From contig NC_045138.2 of NCBI RefSeq assembly GCF_008831285.2, positions 32,116,001-32,180,000 of the forward strand: DNA of 64,000 bases, written 5' to 3'. The translations under genes were made by a program, and so were the position numbers. Of this stretch, positions 1 to 13,569 are shown in pieces. The DNA comes from Nymphaea colorata. Taxonomy: Eukaryota. Position 1 is the stretch's first letter. Each line of letters starts with the position of its first letter. A model generated the notes under the pieces. The model ran no database searches and was not told the DNA's origin. It saw only the letters and a list, made by a program, of their open reading frames with translations.

Positions 1-2724
1 GAGTCACGATTTCGATAAGAGGAATTAAATATTGAACCAGATGGACCAGCAGGTATAACTCCAACCCAAACTTGACTGGGGGAAATAACATGAGGATTTT
101 CCAGTCTAACCGGAAATGGCCTGATAATGGCATGGACGTTATATACAGAGAAAAAAAGCGTTTGATGAACAAAAACAAGAGGGGTATCATTAGGAGTCAA
201 CTTACAGATTGAGTTCTAGAGCAAATGATTCCATTGGACACAATGTACCAGAAGTCAAGATAATAGAGTGAATCCCTAGCCTAACAAACTCTTCCATGGC
301 AATTCCCGGATTAAAACACCACCAGCTAAGCGTCCTGGTATTTTCACCTAAAGTAAAATGAATTAAATTTTGATTCACTGTAGAAGTAAACTTGTAATCA
401 AGTGAAATAACTTCACTAGGTTAGCTGCTTTTTTCAGCTCTTCTCTTCACATGATCTGGCAGGAAAAAAGCTCCATTATCCACAATACTGACTTTAGCAT
501 TGCCCGTATGGTCTAGACATCTAGAATACCAACATTCTTGTGATCAATCCCAATAGTCGATGGGTGTCTTTAACCCTTTGAATTTCATAATTTTCAAAAT
601 TAGTTTTGAATATTACTTATGCTTTTCTAGTGTTTCAAATACACAGCTTAAAACTTGTGTAACACACATGCTAAATGCAGTGGATGCTCCAAATTACAAT
701 ATGTGTTTTTAGTGTTTTAAATACACAGCTTAAAACTTGTGTAACACACATGCAGTGGATGCTCCAAATTACAATATGTGTTTTTAGTGTTTGTATCTCA
801 AGACTGTGTAGAGACTTCATAAGCAACCATGTGCAGATGCCAGCATCAAAAGATTCAGAACCATGCAACAATTGCATGCACATTCATACTCACTCAAAAT
901 ACATCAAATCATGCTTAATTTACTCAACATTGGACTAAATTGTTGTGCAAATAAAGGTAGGCAGAATATGGGGGGAAAAATATGACCAGATTTAGGCATA
1001 CTAATACACTTTAAAAGCAAATAGCCAAATAGGAATGCTAATGTAACATTGATGAAAATCTTCAAGGGCTTATAAGGAGGTTGCTGAAGTGATTGATTCT
1101 CCTGATTCTTGGCTTTTCTAAGGGCTACAACTGAAGTTGCTAAGAGGCAGGTTGAGAGCCGCCAGACTCAAAGCCCAAGGCTAGTGTGGGAGTGGGCCAG
1201 GTATTTACAGGTAACATGCACAAAATATACAAACTATATTTAGCACATCTATGCCTAGAAAGTATGAATTACCAACTCATAAAGCAGTTGAATCATGATA
1301 ATGACCCAACCAAGAGCACAAGAACCTTTCAATGGAAGACCAAGAAACATCAAATACAAAGTACCACATTCAATATCAAGTGTATCTCTGAAGTACAAAG
1401 CAATACTATGCACCCCTTTTATCCAATTCAAGGGTGTAATTTTTGTAGATCAAGCTTAAGTTGCAAACGAAAATCCTTTTCTTCCTAGAAACATGTAAGG
1501 CCCCTCAGGACTAATTATTCGCAGTCCCAGGAAAGACACCCTAAGGATCATGAAATATGCAGTAACAATTTCTTGAAACAAGAAGGCTTTTGTGCTTTTT
1601 CATAATTGGTTCATCATTTTATGCAGTTCCAACTATTTGAAATATGTTAATCATGTTTTCAATTTTCTATCCAGTGACATTGTCTCTTGTATTTCAAAGA
1701 AACTTTTCCTTTTTTTCTTGAAATTTTAATTGTTCATCAAAATATTTTTTTCTACATTGCAATAACTGCATAGCCGGATTAAGCCTGGTTAGTACCTTTC
1801 TAGTTTCTTATAACCTTGACTCAAGCAAATGGCACTGCAGCTGATGAACTACAATAGTTTTCTCTTCTTAAGAACCACATTCTCTCAGCATATCAAAAAC
1901 AAACCTCCAGATCTCAACAAAGCCCAACAATTTGTAGTATTTGGCAAGTATTTTGATGCCAATACTACATCAGAGTACACCAGGCCCATTTTGATTTCAC
2001 CATATCCAAGAAAGAAATTAATTTCATCAGTTTGCATTTTGTTCCATGCTAACGATAAAACTTTAAACTTTAAAGTCAAGAACTGTTAGTTTACATGATC
2101 ATAATAGGTGCTGACTGCTGACAACTGAGTCGCTTCTTGCTTGCAGTCAGAGATCACACTCGATCAGTAACTTTAAAAAATACACAACAAAAGAGAAAAA
2201 GAAAACGTCATTTGGCACTCAGTTTCAAACTCATTGCAAAATATTCAAAAAGAGGTCTTCAAGAGCAATGGAAAATTAGCAGTCAAAGTCACATCATCCC
2301 TCATGCAACTTTAGGCCTGTGCAGAGCCAGATCTATTGATTTCGGGAAAGAAAGTAGGAGACTAAAAGTCAATAAGGATACCTTTTAGAGACCCATTGCC
2401 ATTTATTTCGGACTCATGCACATGAAACTGCATTAAGCATGAGGTATAACTGTCATGCTAATAGCTATCAAATTGATTGCATCATAAAGTTCAAAAAATA
2501 ATTGTACAGTACAATGGTCGAATAAATCTAAAATCATTAGAAAAAAGTGATTGCAGCATTGACAACTTACACGGTAGTAAGCTCCATGTCCTTTGTCTCC
2601 ATCTCTAAAGATAAGTTTAAGAAAATCCCTTAGGCTTTCAAGCCTGCAAATACCATCCTTCTTTTGTTCCATTACATTGGCAGCCAAGTTCGCAGCTAAC
2701 ATGGATAAGAGAGTGATTAGTGTG

Positions 2725-2773
<49 letters not shown>

Positions 2774-5700
2774 GGGGCAAGTTAGGCGCTTAGGGGAAAA
2801 CACAGCAGCAAAATTTTGCTTCTGTTTTATCTTCACACTTCACGCCTTTCTCATCATCTATACACTTAATACATGCATTGGCTTGGACCAGTTATGCAAA
2901 AGTCATGAATTTCTAAATACTGTTTATCATAAATCCAAGTCATTAGTCTTTTATTTCCCTAAAAAACAAGCAATGACATGGAAGTACCTAATGTAACATA
3001 TTCTCTTTGAAGTCATTGAAGAATATCAAAAGTTACATCTATAATTACAAAAAATGTTATCACATTTTAAACAGCAAGGTTTTTCTTGGGTATAATACAG
3101 CTAGCTTGAAAAAAATGAGAAAAATACGGCAAATTTTTAACAAAAATTAAAAAACTAAAAATGAGGGAAAATAAGATAAGTGAGAAACTAATAACATAAA
3201 CATCAAAAAATAACTAAATAAGCAAAAATAGAAAATAGAAAATGAAAACAAGCATTTTTGGCATTACAAAATGTGAAAGAAAATGAATAAAACAAAAAAA
3301 AACACAAAAAAAGTGTAAAAAAAAATCTTTCTATTTTGTTTTGATGTTTAAAAAAAACATTTTTTTAGTTTTAAATGGCTGATTTATCGTGTTTTATACA
3401 CGTTTTTTTGAAAAGAAAACGTGTTTTTTGTGAATATGGACTAATATCAATCAAAAAACATCTAATCCTATGACACCTATATGATATCCTCCCTAATCTT
3501 GTGACACTTACTAGTTCTAGAAGCTTTTATCTGAAAAAAAAATGGCCAAAAAACCTTTGCAAAATGGAAAAGCACGACTTGTCTCACTTCATGAATGTTG
3601 TTTCCTTGTTTGAAATGAAAAAAAAATATATTACAGGTAAATTGAATTTTTTGTCTTTAAGGAAGACTAAATGTCAGCTACATTTTCCAAAAAGCAACAA
3701 GGTCTACATTCAGAATCATGAATAAACAGCAAAACATGATCTTTTTTTCCTTTGTGTTTGTGTGTGCATGAAGAAGTGCAGGTAGGAGAAAGAGAGAGAG
3801 AGAGAGATCACCATCCTCAAGGAGTACTGCCACATGCTCAATCGTATCAATAAGCATATTTGATGTTTCATAAGTAATGTTAAGATTTCCAAGAAAGTCA
3901 AAAATATATGACCCTGGTTGTGTGAAACCCAACTCCTTTGACTGAATAGGCAATTCCTTCACTTGCTTCTCCAGCTTAAGCAAAAGAGCTACAGGAATTT
4001 TACAATGAGTTAGATGAATCAAATGCAAGTACTATAAAAACACACTTTGCTTCATCTACAATGCTAACATCTGTACAATACACTAGGCGCATCAACATTT
4101 AATATTTGCAAGGTTAAACACATATGTAAAGGAAATTGCAAAATATTGAAAATACTGATGTTCAATTAATGTTTTGTAGATACTGTACCTTTAAGAATGG
4201 CAAAGTTCTCAGGGTCCAAATGTTTGTCATCGAACTTTTCAATTGACCTTCTTGAAAGAGAAAGTTCCACACATTCCTTTGCTTCAGAAATGCATGCAGC
4301 AAGATGACCTGAGGTCAAATCAAATGAAGCAGCATCTGCACAAATGCTTTCCTGCATCAGAGTAATGCATCTTTAACCCAAGAAAAGTTATAGAATATAA
4401 ACTTTCTGACAAATATTAGCAGCACCTTTCATTGTGGTAGCACGACTACATCACTAAATTTGCAAAACAAACATATAAAAAAACAAAAAAAACAACATAT
4501 GATCATGTCTTATCACATCCATTTTTCAAATCTTCATAAAATTTGGAAAAAGATGAATGTCTGTTAAGCAAGTTTATTCAGTACCGATGAGGACTAAATT
4601 ATCATAAGGGCTAGAACAAAACCTTAAGCAAAGTAGAGGCTAGAAAACATTTTCAATTCTCATGATCAATCATATGCTTTCCAAACAAATAGACAAAATG
4701 AACTGCCAAATTTCTCTACAGAATCATTGAACATAAAGCTTTCTTGGGAGAAAAATAAAGAAAAGGTCAAGGTAATGTGACAATTACCAAATTATGGGCT
4801 TCATCGAATATGAGTATTGTATTCTCCCACTGAATACCAGTGAGAGAACTGCGATTTCCAGGATCAATAAGGTAATTATAAGGAGCAAATACAATGTCAA
4901 CAGCTTTGTGAAGTTCTCTTGACAAATAATATGGGCACCTGAAACAGACAAACAGCAGACTAGAGGTTATCCATAACAAAGTGACCAGTCCAAATATCAC
5001 CTGAAAAGAGCATTTTGTTATTCAATTTGTAATTAAGATGAATTGGAATAATACGTATTTAAACATTGCACAAACTAACAATTAAGGACATGGGCAAGCA
5101 TAAGGATGCATCATAGAAACATACGGCCCATTTGTCCTCCCTATATTCACCAAATCCTCTATATCAACAGGTTCAGCTCCAATGTTTGGATTATTCTTGA
5201 TATAATCTGCAGAAAAGCATCTTTAGCATGAGGAAGTCATAAAGATTATACCTAATAAAGCCAGAAAGACTTTGAACCTAGAGGCAAATCACAAATATTT
5301 GATACAAGCCCTCAAATAATATTCTTGGCAAACTTGAAGAACATCACTCATAACCAGAAATGGAAAAGAGAATGAAATGCATATTAGATATGACAAAAGA
5401 GAAAATGAAAGTTGATCAGCAGTAAAAGCATAGGCATCATCTACTACAGCAGCTAAAACTAGCTTATGTTGAGTGTCATTACTTGGACGTGTGGAGATTG
5501 TTTGCAATTTCTTAGAAATTGTGGGTTGGTCTCTTTTTTATTTTCTTTTTATTTCTTTTATGGACCTATTTTGCAATTCTGTTTAGCCAACCCTAATCCT
5601 CATTAATATGGGATTAGGGCTAATGAAGATTGATTTGGTTCTCTTTCTTAAAGCCCACATACAGTGTATCAGAGCAGGCAAACTCTAGCCTGGACTAACG

Positions 5701-8700
5701 CTTCCAGGTCCCCTTCTTCTTCCTCTTTCTTTTCTCTTCTTTTTCCTTGGTAGACATGTGGTTACACACATCTGGTTTCTGTGAGGAGATTGCCTGTAAC
5801 ACTCAGCTTCTTGGCATCATAAACAGTTTATGAAGTACAGTTTTAGCACTAAAACTTCCTGAACCCTACTATGTTTCTGTGTGAGTATTGCTAAGACATT
5901 ACATCAGAATTCGAACTAATAATAAATATAAAAATATACGACCTAGTCTTGCTCGTGTTTCGAACCAAATAGAAAATGGATGTCTGTTAAGACCTTTCGG
6001 TCTGATAACGCTCGTGACTATATGTGTCAAATTGTGGAGGATTTCCTTCGAAAAAGGGGGATTGTTCATGAGACCTCTTGTAGCTATACCCCTCCTCAAA
6101 TTGGAGCCGCTGAGAGGAAAAATCGTCAGTTGCTTAATGTCACCAGAGCCCTTTTGTTTCAAAGGAATCTTCCTCAATATTATTGGGGAGATGTTGTCCT
6201 TACTAGTGCATACTTGATCAACCACATGTCTAGTCGTGTGTTAAATGGGCGGACTCCCCACTCTATGCTTCCAGGGAATCGTCAACCCTTTCACCTTCCC
6301 CCTCGTGTCTTTGGATGTGTTTGCTTCATTCATGATCACAGCCCTAATGTTAAAAAACTTGATCCAAGGTCAATCAAGGGAATATTTGTTGGGTATCCTC
6401 CTACTCAAAAGGGGTATAAATGTCTTCATCCTACCACTGGTCGTGTTTACGTTACCAAGGATGTCACATTCTTGGAACATGTCTCTTATTTTGGTGAGAA
6501 TCCTCTTCAGGGGCAGAAGTCTATGTCAAGAGAAGAGTATTCTCCGAGTCAGGAAATTCAATTTACAGACTTCTTAGAGTACAAGCGGAAAGAGAGTCCA
6601 CCGGTTGTTGAGGTGCTTGAACATGAGAAGAAGGAAGGGTGCTCCACTGGGACGGAAGATGAATGTAGTCGCTTGTTTGGGCAGGTGTACTCAAGGCAAA
6701 GGTTTCGTATAGATAAGGTGACTGATGGTGAGAACTCTACTCCTAATCCCAATCCTACTTCATCCCTGGATGACCCAAGTCATGCCCAACATAAACCTGT
6801 TGAGGAAGACATTCAGACATAAACTGAAAAAGATGAGCTTCCCATTGCCCTGAGAAAGGGTGTCAGGTCATGTACTCAACACCCTATTGGTAACTATGTG
6901 TCATATTCTAGACTGAGCAGGGATTACAAATGTTTTGTATCATCTCTTTCTTTGGCTATGATTCCCAGGACTGTTACAAATGTTCGAAGTGATCCCAGGT
7001 AGACTCATGCTATGCAAGAAGAGATGAAACCTTGAGCAGAAATCAGACATGGGAAGTGGTAGAGATCCCTGAAGCGGCTCATCTGGTTGGATCCAAGTGA
7101 GTCTACACCATTAAGTACAAACCAGATGGGAATGTTGGGAGGTACAAAATTCGCCTGGTTGCCAAGGGGTTTAGTCAGAAATATGGAATTGACTACTTGG
7201 AGACGTTTGCTCCTGTTGCGAAGATGAAGACTGTTAGAGTTATTATTTCTCTAGCAGTGTTGAAGGAGTGGAAGATGTATCAACTTGATGTTAAGAATGT
7301 TTTTCTCAACAGAGATCTTGAAGAAGAAGTGTATATGTGTATGCCCCCAGGATATGAAAAACCAAGAAAATACTGTAAACTAAAGAAGGCTTTGTATGGG
7401 CTCAAACAGTCTCCCCAAGCATGGTTTGAACGTCTTAGACTTGTAATGAGACGACATGGCTACAATCAAGGAAATGGAGATCATACTCTGTTTGTTAAGA
7501 AGAAGGAGGGTAAGGTTACTCTTTTGTTAGTCTATGTTGATGATATGATTGTTACAGGTGATGATGAAAATGAGACAACAAGATTAAAGGGTTTACTGGC
7601 TGTTGAATTTGACCTCAAGGACCTTGGCAAACTAAGATATTTTCTTGGCATTGAAATTACTAGAACAGGTACGACCCTTGTGTTAAATCAAAGAAAGTAT
7701 ACCTTGGATTTACTGAAGGAGACAGGACAACTAGGGTGTAGACCGGCATCTACTCCTCTGGATGCTGGACACAAAATCAGTATTGAGGATGGAGAAACTC
7801 TGTGTGAAGAGGCTAAGGGGAGGTATCAACGTCTGGTTGGAAGATTGATCAATCTCACTCTAACTAGACCAGATATTACCTTTGCTATTAATGTGATGAG
7901 TCAGTTCATGCATGCTCCAACTGACGTTCACCTGAAGGCGGTTGACATGATTTTGTGTTACTTGAAAGGGAATCCAGGCAAGGGGCTTCTATATGTGAAA
8001 GAAGGGCTTATTGAGATTGAAGGGTATTCTGATGCTGACTGGGCAGGCTGTGTTGATACTAGAAGATCCACTTCAGGGTACTGCGTCTACTTGGGGAAAA
8101 TCTTGTTGTTTGGAAGAGCAAGAGACAAGATGTTTGTTCTCGCTCAAGTGCAGAGGCTAAATAAGGGTTGTTCCTATGGGAGTGTTAGAATTACTATGGC
8201 TGAAAGTTTATAAAGATTGAAGGACCTATGAAGATGTACTGTGATAACAAGTCCGCAATAAATCTGGCCAACAACCCTATATTACATGACCGAACGAAAC
8301 ATGTCGAAATTGACCGACACTTCATTCGGGAAATGATTGATGCGAGAGAGTTGATTCTACCATATATGAAGTCTGAAGACCAAACTGCTGATGGTCTGAC
8401 GAAAGCCTTACCTTTGACTCAGTTTGAGATGAATGTATCCAAGTTGGGCATGTTTGATATGTATGCCCAACTTGAGGGGAAGTGTTGGCGTGTGGTATAT
8501 TTGGGTCACCTATTTGGGTCTGGATCTAGACCCAATCCAGTGTATTGCTTTTATGGCCCTACTTAACCCGTGTAAACCCTAATTTTCAGGATGTGAATAA
8601 TATTCTAAGAGAGAGAGGGTCTGGTTGCTAGTGGGCACCAGTCCTCCTCACCCGTGGTTTTTTCCCTCTTGTTGAGGGTTTTTCCACGTTACATCATGTT

Positions 8701-11700
8701 CTACTCTTGCTTTTGTTTCTACAGTTACGAAATTCACAATCAAACTAGGAGTCTAAAATAGTCCAAAAACCAGCGAGACCAGGGTATTATGGCCATTGGT
8801 CAATGGCAAACTCGTAATTTTCAGCCATAACCACGGGTAGATTAGTAATTGGCTAATCGATATTAAATTATGATAATCATGATTAAGTTTATGTAATGAT
8901 AGTTTAAGAGCTTAAGCACCCAATTAATGATGGATTAGAGCTCTTAAGCTAAGATTAAGCACTAAGCTAGACCGAAAGTAAAATTAATCATTTAAATCTA
9001 ATTAATTGAACAAACCTCCTCAAAATATATTATTGTTTTTCTAAACCTACTCAAGATAGGATAATAATCTAATATAAAATAAAATATAATAAGTAATAAA
9101 AAATAATAACTTTTGGCTATAAATAAGGGTTGCCACCCCCTTTGGAATGCAACGTAAGGGAGAAGGAGACGAGAGAGAAGAGAAAGAGAGGACAAGAAAA
9201 AAGGAAGGAGAGGAGGGAGAGAGGGGGGGGAAATTGAGGAGAGAGAAAATGTCCATTTGCGATGCATTGTAATCACTTAAGGTAAGTATTCTTGATGATC
9301 CTGGCGAGGCTGGTGTTGATCCTGGCAGGTCTATAGATTCTCCTACAGTGGAAGATGACTTGCCTATTGCACTACAAAAAAAGAAAAAGACAATAGTTTG
9401 TGTGCCCAGATAGACTTGAAGAGCATATGTAGTAGTGTTTTATATCTGCCCAGTCTGCAGTTCCCATTCCTATGAATCATCAATAGATGATTATGGATCC
9501 CAAGTGGAAACAGGTTATGCGGGATGAAATGGATGTGTTGATGTCACATGGAACTTGGGAACTTATTGATCCTCTTCCTAGGAGCGACATTGTTGGTTTT
9601 AAGCAAGTGTTCATGATCAAATATCATTCTGATGGCTCTGTGAAATGGGATCAACCCAATTTGTTACTTTGACGTCGTAGGTGTGTTCCATTAAGTGATG
9701 TTACATGAAGAAAACAAAAAATATAAGGAAAGGGAAGAAAAAGAAGCAGGAGGTACTACATTAAGACTTAAAAAGTAATAGCCATGCAAATGGATATGAA
9801 GTACCCAAAGCAAGACTCATCAAGTAGGCGAATTCAGAAAATCCTGAGACAAGGGTCAGTTTCAAACATACCAGACACACAATTGTAATGGTAACAACGA
9901 CGTTTCTTGGAAAGAGAATAGCAAATATTGTTTTGGACTCTTCCATGAAGATTTTTCACTTTGTCATGTATACACATCTGCTCTCGAGAACCTAGGACAA
10001 CCATCCTGGGCCTGCAAGTCAGACAAAACTGCAACTGTGTCAATAAAAACCAAATAAATAGACATACTGGAAGAATACATATTGATATCTAAACAATGTC
10101 TCAGGAACTCCACACAAATAGTGACATCATGAGAAAACAAGTCATCATGAAAAATGTAAAACCATAAAAATACAATTTACCTTCAAGCAAACCAAGGTAA
10201 AGGAACAGAAAAATATCTAGATTCTTTGTTTTAATAACAATAGCCTAAGACAACAGGAAGTAAGATAAATGATGTTACAGACGCATCAGAAGTATATTAA
10301 TATTCTGATCCATATTCCTAACTGACCTATAAGGGCTTGTTTTCAGCTCCTGGATGACTTGACGTAATTGGCTGTGTGTTCTTGAAGTATAAATTATGGT
10401 TGGTAGCTTTCTTTCAGAAGATTCAGTTGAAGGTTTGTTGATAGTATTCCCACCATTTTTCCCCACCAATGCAGGATGAATCGATGAATAACTTAGACTT
10501 TGCCTCCAAGCCAATGATGCACAAAGCAAACACAAGGTCTTCCCAGTTCCAGTAGGACTCTCCAGTAATGCATTACATCCCTGGAATATTTGCAGTACAT
10601 AATATTAGCAAGAAATCAAATCCACAATATCATGTCTAAAAATAGAAAACCAGTTGCTTGATTTTTGTTGTAAATGTGTAAACCAAAAAAGAAAGACAAA
10701 GAAATATGAACAATGGCTCCAATCCCGCAAATGTATGCCATATAAATCCAGATGGAACAATCATGTGGTCAGTTTGTTGCTTCAAGCAAAACTTCATCAA
10801 CCTAATCAAACTTAGACAAATTAAACAAAGAAACATAAATGGATGAAGAACCTTGGTTGTCAAAATCTTGAGTAGTCAGCAGACTAGTGCAACTAGTCCA
10901 CTGAGTCAGTTACCAACCAACCTGTCCTTTAAACCAGCGACTAATTGGTTGGACTAGTCAAGTAGTGAGCCGACTAATCTCTGGCTAAGTCATGTGGATG
11001 CAGGTACAGGTACGGGTATGGACATGCAGGTATAGGCATGGAAATTTTAGAAAATGTGGGTATCAGGATACGGCATGGTTCATATGCAAAATACCATCAA
11101 AAATTCAAAATGAAAACATTTAAATGTGTTTGTTTGCCTGTGTATATGTATATGCATTTCTTGTGCAGATGCATATGCATTGCATTTATTTTCATATAAA
11201 TATATGTATTTCTTTATTTATAATCAACTGACTTGGACCATATTAGACCAACTAGTCCCAATTAGCCTTTTTACTGTCAAGATCAACCTCTATCCGACTT
11301 CCAATTTTAACAACTTAATGAAGAACATGATCTGAGGATATGCCCTACTCAGTTCCTGAATACATTGCTCACAATGGTTTGCAATTTCACATTATTTATC
11401 TTTTGCATCGATAATAGATAGAAATAGCAGAACCACTACATCATCAGGAGATAAGATTTTATGATCTGTAATAGTGCTCACTAAATATTTAGTTCTTTTT
11501 ACTGCCAATTCCACAATAAGATTGTGATAAAGGTTGTGATAAGAAAAGGTTTCCAAAAAATGCTCAGAAGCCAGTTCAAGCATGACAAACAACAAAGTGA
11601 ATCAAATGTGTTCATTCATAGTCGATCATTTTTCTGGTTTTATATCTTAGACAGATAAACCTTTTAAGAGAAATTAAGGTGCGCAAAACTGTACTGTTAT

Positions 11701-13295
11701 AGAGTTGAACTAATAATAATTTTTTTATTTACTAAAAATGTGTATGCTTTTGTTTGTGGTCTTATGATTGTGTTGGTCTAGGCAACTGTAGGAGACACAA
11801 CAACAATGACACTCCAGATAATAATTGTTGGTGTATTTTGGGGCATGAAAGAAACACTCAAAATTCATCCATCAGGAACTTTTTTATTAGCAGATATCCG
11901 TAAGTTACATGAATAACTTGTCCTACAAGTAACAAGGTAGACGTCTGAGAAGATCTTGAACAAACCAGCATGTGACAAGCAATCAAGATACCCAAGAAGA
12001 ACAGCTAACAAAAGACCACAGGACAGGTAACAAAAAGCCCAAAAAAAATAGAAACCAAAGTCACCATGAATGACACCACTATTAGGGGAAAAAAAAGGAA
12101 CCATTTTATTCATCAGAATACATTTTGCTAACAAAAGAACAGTAATTAAACCCTGACAAAAATATGTCCAATGAAAGTAATAGTCAAACATTGATGGTGG
12201 AGATGATGTCTAAGAAAAATATGCATTTTGTTTGTCGTCACGAAGAACCAAAAGTTTGTATACACGTCAACCTTTAATAAGTAAGTTTCTCATTGTCGTA
12301 TGCGAGTTTTTGCACTACCAAGCATGCCAGAAGAGAAATATTATACGCACGGCCTGCGGTAGCCCTAGTGCCAACAGAGTCATCATCATCGTCTCCAAAT
12401 CAATCTCCACATGATGAGAAGAAAACACAGACACCGTTTCATATGCCAAGTTTGTGGCGCTTGCAGCCATAGTCATTAGGCAACCTAGAAACTAACCCAT
12501 CATAACATGCCTTTAAATTACCTTAATTTGAAGCAACTCATGAATTTCGTAGATCATTTTGTGACTTCGAAATATTTCAGGGTGGTCAGCCACGGAAGTG
12601 GACCACTCCTAGCATCATGTTTCATGCAACAGCAACAAAAGGAAAGCAAGAAAGATGATTCACAAAGCCGCATTAAAGCATCATTTTTTCATTGGATGTC
12701 AAAATATATAGGATTTTCAGACTTGTCAATCACCAGATAAGGAAAAAAATCAGTCAATCCCTTCTTCAGTTCCTTCTTGACCAAAAAGTTAACACTATAA
12801 TTACCACCACAGTTAAATCTTCAATCTTTCACCTCGAAAATAATCGAGGCCAATAAAATTGACAACAAAACAGTCTTGTTGAGCGTACAGGAAGGAATGA
12901 AATTTAACCAAGAATTGATTTAGGTTAATTATATTAACCAACATAGGATAGGGAAAAAAATTGTCATCCTCCAACACCCCATCTGCGGAACATCCCTCCA
13001 ATGCAAGGCTGCTGGGAGTTAAGGCTCCCCTCCCTATTATTAGAAAGAAGAAAGAATAACGAATGGACCAGTCCAAACCAATTCCCGATCATCCATACCA
13101 TGCACAAGAAAGCAAAAGAAAAAACTAGAACGTTTTGGTTGTCTAGTCCAATTCCATCCAAGTGGAGAGAGAGAGAGAGAGAGAGAGACGCACCTCCTGC
13201 AAGGATCGGATGACGCTTTCCATGTACACGAGTTGGCAATCATAGGCATCGAAAGGGAACTCCACGTCGACCCCCCTGATCTTGTAACTAGGCAT
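1..13295 (-). CDS. RTEL1: Regulator of telomere elongation helicase 1 homolog (XPD/FANCJ/RTEL1 Fe-S helicase), 5' portion; continues beyond the left edge
   Basis: GT-AG exons, all phases consistent: 13295-13194, 10580-10327, 10011-9872, 5206-5125, 4938-4788, 4351-4189, 3988-3812, 2695-2571, 2427-2382, 347-206, 120-<1. Translation starts MPSYKIRGVDVEFPFDAYDCQ. It contains Walker A LESPTGTGKT, YTSRTHSQL, Fe-S cysteines (REQMCIH..NICY..RCYH..CPYY), motif II IFDEAHN, SWWCFNPGIAM, IILTSGTL and RLENPHVI. Confidence 0.93.
628..792. repeat. Tandem duplication, ~80 bp unit x2
   Basis: TAGTGTTT.AAATACACAGCTTAAAACTTGTGTAACACACATGC..AGTGGATGCTCCAAATTACAATATGTGTTTT occurs twice. Confidence 0.9.
2728..2770. 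repeat. (AT)n microsatellite
   Basis: Pure dinucleotide tract about 30 nt from the RTEL1 exon 8 acceptor. Confidence 0.95.
3040..3438. mobile_element. A-rich hAT-type MITE copy in RTEL1 intron 7
   Basis: Colinear with 21069-21391 (AGCAAGGTTTTT..TATAATAC..CTTGAAAAAA..TACGG); right TIR TTTGTGAATATG. Confidence 0.7.
5664..5675 (+). other. Primer-binding site (initiator tRNA-Met type) of the copia element
   Basis: GTGTATCAGAGC directly after the CA end of an LTR-like segment; one base short of the canonical TGGTATCAGAGC. Confidence 0.7.
5977..6822 (+). pseudogene. Copia integrase (core and C-terminal part), N-terminally truncated
   Basis: ORF contains VKTFRSDNARDY, SCSYTPPQIGAAERKNR, RVFGCVCF, KLDPRS and GYPPTQKGYKC (GKGY-type motif). 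Premature TAA at 6820-6822. Confidence 0.92.
6960..8470 (+). pseudogene. Copia reverse transcriptase-RNase H, disrupted
   Basis: RLVAKGFSQKYGIDY, ETFAPVAK, YQLDVKNVF, LYGLKQSP, LVYVDD, YSDADWAG..RRSTSGY, YCDNKSA, HDRTKHVEID. Stops or frameshifts near 7000-7100 and 8100-8220. Confidence 0.92.
8483..8723 (+). mobile_element. 3' LTR of the copia element
   Basis: Begins TG immediately after the polypurine tract and ends CA. The right boundary is inferred. Confidence 0.7.
8724..9290 (+). mobile_element. Probable LTR fragment of another retrotransposon
   Basis: Starts GTTACG.., AT-rich body, CTATAAATAAGGG box near 9117-9129, then a GA-rich tract. LTR-like by appearance only; no partner copy in the window. 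Confidence 0.4.
9340..9655 (+). pseudogene. Second, more decayed copia remnant (integrase-RT linker and RT N-terminus)
   Basis: DDLPIAL followed by DPKWKQVMRDEMDVLMSHGTWEL..IVGFKQVFMIKYHSDGSV. It repeats the region already present at about 6835-7140, so it belongs to a different element. Confidence 0.8.
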
Positions 13296-13351
13296 CTCTT
13301 CCCTTCTTCTTCTTCTTCTTCTTCTTCTTCTTCTCTAATTTGGAGCTGCAG

Positions 13352-13359
13352 AAACCCTA
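13352..13359. promoter_or_regulatory. Telo-box AAACCCTA in the RTEL1 5' region
   Basis: Exact AAACCCTA about 60 bp upstream of the ATG. Confidence 0.5.
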
Positions 13360-13431
13360 GCTACTGGGAGCGGAAGAATTTTGATCGATGGAGTCGGAAC
13401 TAAGGGCCTCTGCTCTGGGGCGGCAGAAGGG

Positions 13432-13440
13432 TTTCCCGCC
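13432..13440. promoter_or_regulatory. Canonical E2F site TTTCCCGCC in the RTEL1 promoter
   Basis: Exact TTTCCCGC(C) about 140 bp upstream of the ATG of a replication/repair helicase. Confidence 0.65.
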
Positions 13441-13569
13441 ATAACGGCTTGGGACGTTCGACTCTCGGTTCGGGTCTAATGCCTCGACCCGAAACGAAGC
13501 GCAGGCGTCGAGTCACACAAGCGGACGCTTTACGGCAATGGCAACACTTTTTGAATAACCTTTCCAATA

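Larger units (their letters stand above)
5467..8723 (+). mobile_element. Degenerate, internally deleted Ty1/copia LTR retrotransposon complex in RTEL1 intron 3 (antisense to host gene)
   Basis: TGTTG at 5467 to ..ACA at 5663, then PBS-like GTGTATCAGAGC. Integrase then RT then RNase H, the copia order. PPT GAGGGGAAG 8474-8482, then a second TGTTG(8483)..CTACA(8723) LTR-like segment. No gag or protease is visible and the two LTR-like segments do not match. Confidence 0.85.

Noticed and set aside
1815..1848. Alternative candidate for the small RTEL1 exon 9 with compatible phase
   Set aside because: The peptide is not RTEL1-like. 2427-2382 (FHVHESE..) fits the family and has better splice sites.
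5795..5903. TGTAA..TTACA segment as a tiny solo LTR
   Set aside because: No target-site duplication and no second copy in the window.
12280..12620. Possible intronic snoRNA (ATGATGA motif, small GTGGTC/GACCAC hairpin) in RTEL1 intron 1
   Set aside because: No matching D box, terminal stem or recognisable rRNA guide was found by eye; an Rfam/Infernal search would be needed.
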